DNA of 59,242 bases from Candidatus Saccharimonadota bacterium. GTDB taxonomy: Bacteria > Patescibacteriota > Saccharimonadia > QS-5-54-17. Below the pieces are notes generated by a model. That model had not been told where the DNA came from, searched no databases, and saw only the letters and a list, made by a program, of their open reading frames with translations. Position 1 is the stretch's first letter; every line of letters begins with the position of its first letter. Position numbers and translations under genes: made by a program. The stretch lies in the NCBI GenBank assembly GCA_050486185.1, contig JBJHCT010000004.1, forward strand, positions 1 to 59,242, in the 5' to 3' direction. Positions 16,176-24,991 of the stretch are shown here, one piece after another.

Positions 16176-16952
16176 ATGAGTAAAAAACCTATAATTATCG
16201 GCAACTGGAAGATGCACCTCAACGTGGATCAGTCTAAAAATCTAGCTGAAAAGCTAGAAGAGTCTTTAAGTGATTTCAGTGAGGGTGTTGATATAGTATT
16301 GTGCCCCTCATCTATTGCACTGCATCAGGTTTTAGCAGCCACACCTAGCTTGAGTGTTGGTATTCAGAATATCTATTTTGCAGATGAAGGAGCCTATACA
16401 GGTGAGATATCTGCCTCTCAGGTCAAAGGACTAGTTAGATACGCTATAGTTGGACACTCTGAACGCAGGGCTAATTTTGGCGAGACTAATGAGATGGTAG
16501 CTCGCAAGGCGGCTGCAGCTTTACGAAATGGAATTACACCAATAATCTGTGTCGGTGAAACTGCTCAGGAACGGCACCACGGTGAGGCTACTCAGGTAAT
16601 CAATGACCAGCTCTCGACTGGACTAACTATGTTAACAGCCTCTGAAATCAAAGATATCGTTATCGCCTATGAGCCGGTTTGGGCTATAGGTAGCGGTGAG
16701 AGCGCTAAAGCAGATGATGTTGCTGAGGCAGCAGATACGATCAGGTCCGCTACTGCTCAAATGTTTGGTCAATCAGCCACTGAAGAAGTTAGAATTCTTT
16801 ACGGAGGCAGTGTTAGTAGCGATAGTGCCGGTAGTTACCTCAATCTACCAGCCATCAGCGGCCTATTAGTCGGCGGAGCTAGTTTAAACGATCATGAGTT
16901 TACTAAAATAGTACAAATTGCCAGCGAGGTGGCTAATCAGCAAGATGAGTGA
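16176..16952 (+). CDS. tpiA: Triosephosphate isomerase
   Basis: 'IIGNWKMH', 'VGHSERR', 'ICVGE', 'AYEPVWAIGSG' and 'LYGGSV' motifs. Confidence 0.9.
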   Translation: MSKKPIIIGNWKMHLNVDQSKNLAEKLEESLSDFSEGVDIVLCPSSIALHQVLAATPSLSVGIQNIYFADEGAYTGEISASQVKGLVRYAIVGHSERRANFGETNEMVARKAAAALRNGITPIICVGETAQERHHGEATQVINDQLSTGLTMLTASEIKDIVIAYEPVWAIGSGESAKADDVAEAADTIRSATAQMFGQSATEEVRILYGGSVSSDSAGSYLNLPAISGLLVGGASLNDHEFTKIVQIASEVANQQDE

Positions 16953-17508
16953 GAGTAAGAATAGCAAGCCTGAGTCTATAGATATCAAAATAGGGGGAGG
17001 TAAAACCCCTAGAGAAATCGATATATCTAATTTAGATAAATCGCAAGATGCAAGTGAAGCTAAGTCCAGGGATGATATTCCACGTAGAACCTCCGGCTAT
17101 GGGGGCGGAGGTTATGGTGAAGCTACTGTCGGTGTAGCTACAGCTGATATATCAAAAGACAGCAGGTCAAATAGCAAGAAATTAGATAATAAAGAAGTAG
17201 TAAGTGATGATGCAAGAAGTACATTGCAAAATTTTGATGAAGAGGATCTACTTCCAGAAGATATCTACGGTAGCGAGATAGATCTAGAAGAGGATTTACA
17301 TCAACACACTTTCTCTGATCTAGCGACTGCTAGAAGGAAAAAGCCCAAGAAATCTAAAAAAAGCCTACAAAAAAGCACTATTTTTAGTACAAGAAGATTT
17401 TGGTTGTTAGTAACGATCTTTTTAATATCTGTAATTGCAGGACTGGTGATGTTATTTCAGCTTGAACAGGCTGAAGAGGGTGCTGGGATAATATTTAACT
17501 GGCTTTAG
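16945..17508 (+). CDS. Hypothetical protein, disordered and charged N-terminal part with a C-terminal TM helix
   Basis: ORF with start taken at MSESKNS, overlapping the tpiA stop. 'FWLLVTIFLISVIAGLVMLF' is the membrane anchor. No recognised domain. Confidence 0.45.
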   Translation: MSESKNSKPESIDIKIGGGKTPREIDISNLDKSQDASEAKSRDDIPRRTSGYGGGGYGEATVGVATADISKDSRSNSKKLDNKEVVSDDARSTLQNFDEEDLLPEDIYGSEIDLEEDLHQHTFSDLATARRKKPKKSKKSLQKSTIFSTRRFWLLVTIFLISVIAGLVMLFQLEQAEEGAGIIFNWL

Positions 17509-17517
17509 TCATGGTAG

Positions 17518-19635
17518 TTGGCGTTGCTGACTGCTAAACTATTTAACGTGGATTTATTCAAAAACCTAAACGAGAAACAAAAAGAGGCGACTGAGCAGAC
17601 TGATGGTCCGCTCTTGATTTTAGCCGGTGCTGGTAGCGGTAAAACTAAGACGCTAACGCACCGCATTGCCTATTTATTAGATAAAAAGCTAGCTACTGAG
17701 TGGGACATATTGGCAGTAACATTCACTAACAAGGCAGCCGGTGAGATGCGGGCGCGAGTAGCTGCTTTGATGGGTGAGAACGAGAATAATCGTTCATTTA
17801 TGCCCTTTCTTGGAACTTTTCATAGTATATGTGTACGTATTTTAAGGGATGAAGCCGATAATATTGGTTTGTCTCGCCAATTTGTCATTTTTGATTCAGG
17901 TGATAGCCTGCAAGCTATCAAAAGAGTGATGCGTAATATGGGTGTAGATGAAAAACGCTTCAACCCTAATGCCGTTAAAGCCCTGATATCCTCGGCTAAA
18001 AACGAGTTAGTCGATAGTGACTCATATCCTTCACTGACTTCCGGTCCGTTGCAGGAGCTAGCAGCAGAGATATACCCTAGCTATCAACGCTTGTTGTCTC
18101 AAGCTCAGGCTCTTGATTTTGATGATCTACTATTTATGACCGTTAAGACGTTTGAAGACAATCCCAAAATATTGAAGAAGTGGCAAGATAGGTTTAAATA
18201 CATCCTAGTTGATGAATACCAAGATACCAATCATGCTCAGTATCAATTAGTTAAGCTATTGGCAGACAAACATAAGAATATCTGTGTGGTGGGGGACGAC
18301 TGGCAAGCCATTTACAGTTGGAGGAATGCTAATTTTCGTAACATCTTGGACTTTGAGCGCGACTACCCGAACGCTAAAGTTGTCAAACTGGAGCAAAACT
18401 ACCGATCAACTAAGCCGATTCTAGAGGCAGCCCAAAGTGTCATATCCAAGAATCAGAATCGGTCTGATAAAAAGCTATGGACCGAAGTTGAAGCAGGCCG
18501 TGATGTCGAGGTGACCCAAGTCGATAACGAGCTAGAGGAAGCAGAGAGCATTATCCGCTACGCTAAATCAACTACAAGACCTCTATCGGATATTGCTGTC
18601 TTGTACCGTACCAACGCTCAGAGTAGGGCTATAGAGGAAGTCTGTATACGTTATGGCGTAGCTTATCAAATAGTTGGCGGTGTGCGCTTTTATGATAGAA
18701 AAGAGATTAAAGATATCCTAGCTTACTTACGTTTTATCTACCAACCTAACGATAGGGTTAGTTTTGAGCGAATTATTAACCTACCCACAAGAGGTATAGG
18801 TGATAAGAGTCTGGGTGACTTTATGTCTTGGCAGGAAAGTAGGGGTATTAGCTTAGGGCAAGCCTTACAAGACGTTGAAGAATGCTCTAGCTTGAGCCCT
18901 AGAGCTATCAACGCTTTTAATAGTTTCAATAGGTTGATTAGCGGCGCACGTGAGCAAAACCTTACACCGCCAGAGCTAATAGAGTATTTGATTAAAAGAT
19001 CAGGCTATAAGGAGTATATAGATGATGGTAGTATCCAAGCAGCAGAAAAACTAGAAAACCTAGATGAGTTAGTTACGGTAGCTAAAGAGTTCTCTGATCT
19101 AGATACCTTTTTAGAAGACGTAGCTTTGATCACCGATATGGATAGTCTCAAAGAAGGCCAGAGCGCTATAACCTTGATGACCCTGCATGCTGCTAAAGGT
19201 CTAGAGTTTCCAGTAGTTTTCATAGTCGGCTTAGAAGAAGGGGTGTTCCCACATTCTCGCAGCCTCTTTGACGTTGAGGAGATGGAGGAAGAGCGTAGAT
19301 TGATGTATGTCGGTATGACTAGAGCTCAAGAAGAGCTGTATCTGCTGCATGCTAGAAGTAGGATGTTGTATGGTCAATCAAACTCTAACCCTCCAGCTAG
19401 ATTCATAGCCGAGATCGGCAGTATTGGTAGTGGCAACAGTCAAGACGGCCTCGCTACCGCTACACTAACCGCTAATACTATAGATAGTATCGATGTTGAC
19501 GATTTAGTTAAACATCCAGTTTTTGGCGAAGGTATAGTCGTAGCAGCTGAAGGGGATGAGGTAATAGTTGCCTTTAAAAAGATCGGTAATAAGAAGTTAT
19601 CTTTAGCCTATGCGCCCCTAGAAAGAGTAGAATAA
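17518..19635 (+). CDS. pcrA: ATP-dependent DNA helicase PcrA/UvrD family
   Basis: 'LNEKQKEA', Walker A 'AGAGSGKT', 'VDEYQDTN', 'VGDDWQAIYSWRNA', 'LEQNYRS', 'TLHAAKGLEF' and 'YVGMTRA' motifs. Start is uncertain: TTG at 17518 or GTG at 17548. Confidence 0.9.
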   Translation: MALLTAKLFNVDLFKNLNEKQKEATEQTDGPLLILAGAGSGKTKTLTHRIAYLLDKKLATEWDILAVTFTNKAAGEMRARVAALMGENENNRSFMPFLGTFHSICVRILRDEADNIGLSRQFVIFDSGDSLQAIKRVMRNMGVDEKRFNPNAVKALISSAKNELVDSDSYPSLTSGPLQELAAEIYPSYQRLLSQAQALDFDDLLFMTVKTFEDNPKILKKWQDRFKYILVDEYQDTNHAQYQLVKLLADKHKNICVVGDDWQAIYSWRNANFRNILDFERDYPNAKVVKLEQNYRSTKPILEAAQSVISKNQNRSDKKLWTEVEAGRDVEVTQVDNELEEAESIIRYAKSTTRPLSDIAVLYRTNAQSRAIEEVCIRYGVAYQIVGGVRFYDRKEIKDILAYLRFIYQPNDRVSFERIINLPTRGIGDKSLGDFMSWQESRGISLGQALQDVEECSSLSPRAINAFNSFNRLISGAREQNLTPPELIEYLIKRSGYKEYIDDGSIQAAEKLENLDELVTVAKEFSDLDTFLEDVALITDMDSLKEGQSAITLMTLHAAKGLEFPVVFIVGLEEGVFPHSRSLFDVEEMEEERRLMYVGMTRAQEELYLLHARSRMLYGQSNSNPPARFIAEIGSIGSGNSQDGLATATLTANTIDSIDVDDLVKHPVFGEGIVVAAEGDEVIVAFKKIGNKKLSLAYAPLERVE

Positions 19636-19644
19636 TCTACTATC

Positions 19645-19735
19645 ACCTCTGTAGACTATTTTTCCTACCCCTGTAAATGGTTAAGATTATTAAATTCCTA
19701 CTTTACCTCTGTAAAACCGGTCTATAACCCCTGTA
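19645..19735 (+). promoter_or_regulatory. Four direct repeats A-CC(T/C)CTGTA arranged as two pairs (22-bp spacing within each pair)
   Basis: ACCTCTGTA at 19645 and 19705; ACCCCTGTA at 19667 and 19727. The last repeat ends 10 nt before a TTGACT -35 box. Confidence 0.4.
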
Positions 19736-19745
19736 ATTATTGGTA

Positions 19746-19773
19746 TTGACTGGGCAGTATTTATTGATAGAAT
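19746..19773 (+). promoter_or_regulatory. Sigma70-like promoter (TTGACT, 16-nt spacer, TGaTAGAAT extended -10)
   Basis: Read directly, about 48 nt upstream of the ATG of the RpfB-like gene. Confidence 0.4.
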
Positions 19774-19820
19774 ACATAGGTTCATTTACTGTTTTAGTAA
19801 ATTGAGATGATAAGAGGTAT

Positions 19821-21041
19821 ATGAAGATTATATTAAGGCAATATTACAACCAGGCGATAGAAATGTATCGCTCGGCTAGCCTAGAAGAAAAGATAGCAAC
19901 TAGTGTTTTTGGCATCCTACTATTGGTTACTGCTGGATTAATGCCGGCAGCCAGAATAGATGCTGGAGATAGTGCACTAGTTAATATCTATGTAGATGGG
20001 GAGAGGCGATCCATAACTACTTCTGCTGATACAGTAGCGGAAGTACTAGATCGAGCTGATATTGTATTGGGTGAAAAAGACCTAGTTGAGCCGTCGCTTG
20101 ACGCTGAAATCACTAACCAGGTGTTTAATATCAACGTGTATAGAGCCTATCCTGTTACCATAATTGATGGTGATGATACCTATCAGGTCATGAGCGCCTA
20201 TGATAGTGCTAGATTGATAGTCAAGAATTCTGGAGTAGTGGATATACATGATGAGGATAAGGCCTATTTAGATTTAGTAGTAGATTTCCTTAGAGAAGGC
20301 TTTGTCGGCCGTAAAGTTATGATAGAGCGAGCTAGCCTTGTGAAATTTAAGTCTGGGGATGAACAGGTTGCACTCAGAACCCATGCTGAGACTGTAGCAG
20401 AAATGCTTGAAGAGTTAAGTATAGATGTAAGCAATAACGATATTGTTGAACCATCGCTTGATACTGCTATAGAAAGCGGTATGGTTGTCTCAATGACAAA
20501 GGTGGGGTTTGAAGTAGTAACAGTTAATGAAGAGGTTCAGCCAGGGTTTAGAGTTATATACGATAATGATAGACCTATAGGCTATAATGGTGTGGAAACA
20601 GAGGGAACCCCTGGCATAATTGGGATTACTTATGAAGTTGAGTATCGTAACGGAGAAGAGGTTGCCCGCCGAGAGATAAACAGATCGACAGAGTCTGAGC
20701 CTCAACCTAAGATATACATAGTTGGCAACAAACAGGGAACTTACACTAATGCTCAGGCAGAGTGGCTGTACTTGTTGAGATTTTGCGAAAGTACCAATAA
20801 CTATAGTATCAATACCGGTAACGGCTTTTATGGGGCCTACCAGTTCATGATCCCTACATGGAACAGTATAGCCTCAATCACTGGTCGAACAGACCTAATA
20901 GGAGTTAGACCAGACCTTGCTAGTCCAGTAGACCAAGACTATATGATTATCCAAAATACTAAGATTAGCACTGGAGGACTAGCAAGACAGAACCCAGGTT
21001 GTTATCAGACACACAATCTTTCTCAGTTTCCTCCCGAATAG
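19821..21041 (+). CDS. RpfB-like cell-wall protein: DUF348 repeats plus G5 domain plus Rpf-type transglycosylase domain
   Basis: N-terminal TM/signal anchor. Repeated 'VDGE..tv...a.TVaevL....i.l...D.veP.ld..i' DUF348-type units. G5-like 'GTPGIIGITYEVEYRNGEEV'. C-terminal 'EWLYLLRFCESTNNYSINTGNGFYGAYQFMIPTWNSI' matches the resuscitation-promoting-factor domain. Confidence 0.8.
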   Translation: MKIILRQYYNQAIEMYRSASLEEKIATSVFGILLLVTAGLMPAARIDAGDSALVNIYVDGERRSITTSADTVAEVLDRADIVLGEKDLVEPSLDAEITNQVFNINVYRAYPVTIIDGDDTYQVMSAYDSARLIVKNSGVVDIHDEDKAYLDLVVDFLREGFVGRKVMIERASLVKFKSGDEQVALRTHAETVAEMLEELSIDVSNNDIVEPSLDTAIESGMVVSMTKVGFEVVTVNEEVQPGFRVIYDNDRPIGYNGVETEGTPGIIGITYEVEYRNGEEVARREINRSTESEPQPKIYIVGNKQGTYTNAQAEWLYLLRFCESTNNYSINTGNGFYGAYQFMIPTWNSIASITGRTDLIGVRPDLASPVDQDYMIIQNTKISTGGLARQNPGCYQTHNLSQFPPE

Positions 21042-21073
21042 TAAGCCGACCATTGCATGCTAAAATACCTAGC

Positions 21074-21499
21074 ATGAGATACCAACAAAACCAATCAACA
21101 TACACCCTGATATTTAAAAAGGGTGAGCCTTTCATATCGACCCTAGAGAATTTTTGCCAGGAGCAGAATATATCGGCGGGCTTTTTCCACGGTTTAGGTG
21201 GAGTGCTATCAGCCGAAGTAGGCTACTACCACCTAGATACTAAAGAGTATGAGTTCCATAATCTAGATGAGGTGCTAGAGATAGTTAGCCTACATGGCAA
21301 CATAGCCCTTAAAGACGGCAACCCGTTTGTGCATGCCCATGGAGTTCTTGCAGATTCGAACTTAAAAACCTATGGCGGTCATATCAAGGAGATGATAGTA
21401 GGTGGTACCTGTGAGCTGCAACTGCAAGTTTTTGATCAGAAGTGGAGTCGTGATTTTGATGAAGATACCGGTTTAAGTTTAATCAACCTCGATGAGTAA
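21074..21499 (+). CDS. PPC (DUF296) domain protein
   Basis: 'FHGLGGVLSAEVGYY', 'EIVSLHGNIA', 'FVHAHGVLAD' and 'GGHI..MIVGGTCEL' match the PPC/DUF296 fold pattern. Start taken at MRYQQN. Confidence 0.65.
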   Translation: MRYQQNQSTYTLIFKKGEPFISTLENFCQEQNISAGFFHGLGGVLSAEVGYYHLDTKEYEFHNLDEVLEIVSLHGNIALKDGNPFVHAHGVLADSNLKTYGGHIKEMIVGGTCELQLQVFDQKWSRDFDEDTGLSLINLDE

Positions 21500-22280
21500 C
21501 AGTAAACAGCCCAATAAATCTTTAGGTCAACACTGGCTGTTTGATCAAGATTCTCTAGAAGCTATGGTCGCAGCAGGGGAGGTGAGTGGGGAAGATGTAG
21601 TTCTTGAGATAGGACCAGGCTTAGGTACTCTAACTACTCACCTAACTAAGGCCGCTAAGCGGGTGATAGCTGTGGAGGCAGATACTGAGCTGGCTACTGG
21701 ATTAAAAACCCGTATTCCTGATGACAACCTAGATGTTATCAATCAAGATATACTAGAGTTTGACATAGGCAAGCTACCGAATAGGTATAAGGTGGTAGCT
21801 AATATCCCCTACTACATTACCTCTAAAATACTACAGAATTTTCTAGAAACAGATAACAAGCCAGCTGTTATGGTGCTGCTCGTACAGAAAGAGTTAGCCG
21901 AAAGAGTGGTAGCAGCACCTGGGGATATGTCGGTACTAGCTTTTAGCGTTCAGTATTACGCCAAAGTCGAAATGTTAGACGTGGTAGCTAAGGAACTGTT
22001 TGATCCTCAGCCTAAAGTTGACTCGGCCATTTTAAAGCTCGAAATTAGAGACAACCCATACTTCCCCGCCGATACCAAAAAATTATTTAGACTTATAAAA
22101 GCCGGTTTTGGTGAGCGCAGGAAGAAGTTAGCTAACTCTCTAGCTGGTGGTTTGAGAATGGATAAGCAGGAAATTGAGAATATATTAGATAGATTCAATA
22201 TTTCATCTAATGCTCGAGCTCAAGAATTGAGTATAGACCAGTGGCAAACGCTGTATGAGCAGGTAAAAGGGAGTCTATAA
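21492..22280 (+). CDS. rsmA: 16S rRNA (adenine1518/1519-N6)-dimethyltransferase
   Basis: 'LGQHWL', 'VLEIGPGLGTLT', 'VANIPYYITS', 'FDPQPKVDSA' and 'RRKKL' motifs. Confidence 0.9.
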   Translation: MSNSKQPNKSLGQHWLFDQDSLEAMVAAGEVSGEDVVLEIGPGLGTLTTHLTKAAKRVIAVEADTELATGLKTRIPDDNLDVINQDILEFDIGKLPNRYKVVANIPYYITSKILQNFLETDNKPAVMVLLVQKELAERVVAAPGDMSVLAFSVQYYAKVEMLDVVAKELFDPQPKVDSAILKLEIRDNPYFPADTKKLFRLIKAGFGERRKKLANSLAGGLRMDKQEIENILDRFNISSNARAQELSIDQWQTLYEQVKGSL

Positions 22281-22318
22281 AGCTTTATAAATAGTAAGTA
22301 GTAAGTTAAAATTAAGTT

Positions 22319-23110
22319 ATGGACAATGGAGTTGTTATCAGGCTAGCTACTACCGATGATATTACCGGTATCGTTTATGTACATGCCACTACTTGGATAG
22401 CTCACTACCCCAATGAAGAGCTAGGTATTACAGAAGCAGATATTAAAGATATTGACTGGCATAACAAGCAAGCTATGTTGAAACACTCCATACTCAGTAG
22501 TGACTACCAGGTTTGGGTAGCTGTGTCTGGTGTAGAGATTCTAGGCTTTACCTCAATCGCTAATATGCCTGGTAAGATGATTTTAGAAAATCTATTCGTA
22601 CTACCAGAGCATCAGGGCCTAGGTTTGGGCACGCAACTACTACAAACAGCAATCAAAGATCATGACAGGGTTTATCTGCATGTAGCTAAGTATTTAGATG
22701 ACTCTATCGGCTTTTATAATCACCATGGCTTTAAAACTACTGGAGTTCGTGGCGAGTACAAACTACCAGGAGGTAAATGTATACCGACTATAGAGATGGT
22801 GCGCAGTAATACATCTGATGAACCCATATCTAGCACTCAAAGTACCTTGAAGAACAGTGATAGCAATAACAAGAAAGATAGCAGCAACCAAGAAGATCTA
22901 ATCAGTCGTAAGCAGTTGGCAAAAGTTAGCGGAGTTAGGGATAGCACTATCAAGTGGTATAGCGAAATAGGTTTACTTGATTTTACCCAGTCTGAAACTA
23001 AGCGTAGACGCTATTTCCCGCAAAAAACTTCCCTAGCTAGATTAGAGGAAATAACCGATTTGAGATCAAAAGGTTATAGCCTAAACGATATTAAATCTTT
23101 AATAAGGTAA
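22319..23110 (+). CDS. GNAT N-acetyltransferase with a C-terminal MerR-like helix-turn-helix extension
   Basis: GNAT motif A 'VLPEHQGLGLGTQLL'. A Ser/Asn/Lys-rich linker follows, then 'ISRKQLAKVSGVRDSTIKWYSEIGLLDF', which resembles the MerR-type HTH. Confidence 0.6.
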   Translation: MDNGVVIRLATTDDITGIVYVHATTWIAHYPNEELGITEADIKDIDWHNKQAMLKHSILSSDYQVWVAVSGVEILGFTSIANMPGKMILENLFVLPEHQGLGLGTQLLQTAIKDHDRVYLHVAKYLDDSIGFYNHHGFKTTGVRGEYKLPGGKCIPTIEMVRSNTSDEPISSTQSTLKNSDSNNKKDSSNQEDLISRKQLAKVSGVRDSTIKWYSEIGLLDFTQSETKRRRYFPQKTSLARLEEITDLRSKGYSLNDIKSLIR

Positions 23111-23164
23111 ATAGCTAAAAGTATTTATAAGCAAATTAAGGCAAAATATATTATCATAAGTAGT

Positions 23165-24991
23165 ATGTCTAAATTCAAAGTTTATGATTTTAAGCCTAAA
23201 TTTTTAATAATTGGGTTGCTACCTCTATTAGTTGCAGCCGTTTTTGCTTTAGCTACTCCTGTCTCGGCAAGCCCTAATCATAATCTTAGTATCGATCATC
23301 GTTTCAGCGTGAGTGATGGTGAGATGGGCGTAAGACACATAGTCAGTGTAACCAACCGCGGCTCGGCCGCTTTAGATGAGCTAGACTTTATGCTGCCACT
23401 AGAAAATCCAGGAGCTTTAGAAGTTAAATACAGTAACGGTAATGAGATAGATTATGAGGTAAGTACTTCTAGGTCAAAGATATCCGGAGTCTATCTCACC
23501 CATAGCGTCTTATCGCTAGATTTTCCAAGGGCAATTAGCGGTAACAACCAAAGTTGGCAGTTTGAGATTAGCTACACAACAGATAGTTATCCAAAAGGTG
23601 TAGAGGATAACTATACCTTAATCTTACCGTTTTTAGATGCTGGTGTTGATGCTGACTGGAAGGCTAGAGTTAGCGTACCTGGCAGCTGGCCAGCTATAAA
23701 CTATCGTCCAGAAGTACGCAATGCCGAAGTAAGCTCTAGCGTAGCCAGATTCAGGTTTGATAGCCGTGACTATGATGAGGATGTATTAGCTCTATCTTTT
23801 GCCCAAGGCGCTAAATATAAAGTGAATTATGTTCAGGAGCTAAAAAACAGCTCTATCATTCCCCGCTTCATATCTATCAATCTATCCCTAGATACTCACA
23901 GCCAAATTAGCTTGCTCGAGTCTCTAGAACCTAAAGGCTCCAGGGTCAGCATAGATGAAGACGGTAATATAACTGTCTCCTATTGGATGTGGCCGTTTCA
24001 AACTAAATCTATAAGCTACACAGCTGTAGTGTCGGCTTCTCAGCTGAGATATAACGCAGAAGAGTCGCTAACTATAGCTGAAACTCCAGATGAGCTAGCT
24101 ACGCTAGTTAGAGGTGGAAGATATTGGACTACCCAGGGTGAAACCGGTCAGCGCGCTACCGGGCTAATTAATCCCGAAGACAGTGCTTGGGATAATATGC
24201 AGGCTATTTTAGAGTTTGTCATAGATGAGATCGATTATGTCGAAGATTTTGATGGGCGAGTTAGTGCAGATGACGTGTTAGAAGGTAGAGAGGGTGATAA
24301 TCAGGCTATCGTTGACCTGCTAGTAACTATGCTTAGAAGTGTCGGTGTGCCATCGCGCAGTATCTATGGAGTCGCCTATCCTAGCCACGGATTAAGCAGT
24401 GACAATGGTCCATACATGCATATTTGGGCCGAGAGCTATATCGCCGGTATCGGCTGGGTTAATATCGACCCAATTGGTCATAAGTTATTTAATAACCGCG
24501 GCTATAGCAGTTCCAATCTAATAGGTCTAGTAGCGGTTAGTAATGACCAACAACAAGACTTAGCCGGTAACTTAGTAGTTCCAGGCGAACTTGTACTGGC
24601 TGAAGATGATTTAGAGCAAAGCGATCCAATCGACTCGCTAGATGTTTCCTTGCGTCAGTACGTAGTTTTGCCCGGGGTATTACTCAATATCGATAAAGTT
24701 AGCAGCATGAGCAATAGTGTGATTGATGGATTAGGAATTGACGATAGAGATTTAGGTTCAATTGCTCCTAATCAGGATATAAGCATCAGGTATTGGAGTT
24801 TTGGTATGGGGGGTGAGAGAGGGGCTAGAGTTAGTATTGGTGATGACGAACTAACCGCTCAAGCAACTACTCATTGGTGGCCGTTAATTGCCTTAGGCGT
24901 TATCATAGCGGTTGTCACCGTGCTACAATTTATCCGTCGTAGACGTAATATGTATCTGAAAAAGAGGCTCAATGACAAAGTTCTACATTAG
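23165..24991 (+). CDS. Membrane-anchored transglutaminase-like domain protein
   Basis: N-terminal signal/TM and C-terminal TM ('WWPLIALGVIIAVVTVL'). 'LLVTMLRSVGVPSRSIYGVAY...HIWAESYIAGIGWVNIDP' follows the transglutaminase-core pattern (R..GiPaR.v.Gy...HaW.E.y...GW...Dp). Confidence 0.6.
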   Translation: MSKFKVYDFKPKFLIIGLLPLLVAAVFALATPVSASPNHNLSIDHRFSVSDGEMGVRHIVSVTNRGSAALDELDFMLPLENPGALEVKYSNGNEIDYEVSTSRSKISGVYLTHSVLSLDFPRAISGNNQSWQFEISYTTDSYPKGVEDNYTLILPFLDAGVDADWKARVSVPGSWPAINYRPEVRNAEVSSSVARFRFDSRDYDEDVLALSFAQGAKYKVNYVQELKNSSIIPRFISINLSLDTHSQISLLESLEPKGSRVSIDEDGNITVSYWMWPFQTKSISYTAVVSASQLRYNAEESLTIAETPDELATLVRGGRYWTTQGETGQRATGLINPEDSAWDNMQAILEFVIDEIDYVEDFDGRVSADDVLEGREGDNQAIVDLLVTMLRSVGVPSRSIYGVAYPSHGLSSDNGPYMHIWAESYIAGIGWVNIDPIGHKLFNNRGYSSSNLIGLVAVSNDQQQDLAGNLVVPGELVLAEDDLEQSDPIDSLDVSLRQYVVLPGVLLNIDKVSSMSNSVIDGLGIDDRDLGSIAPNQDISIRYWSFGMGGERGARVSIGDDELTAQATTHWWPLIALGVIIAVVTVLQFIRRRRNMYLKKRLNDKVLH

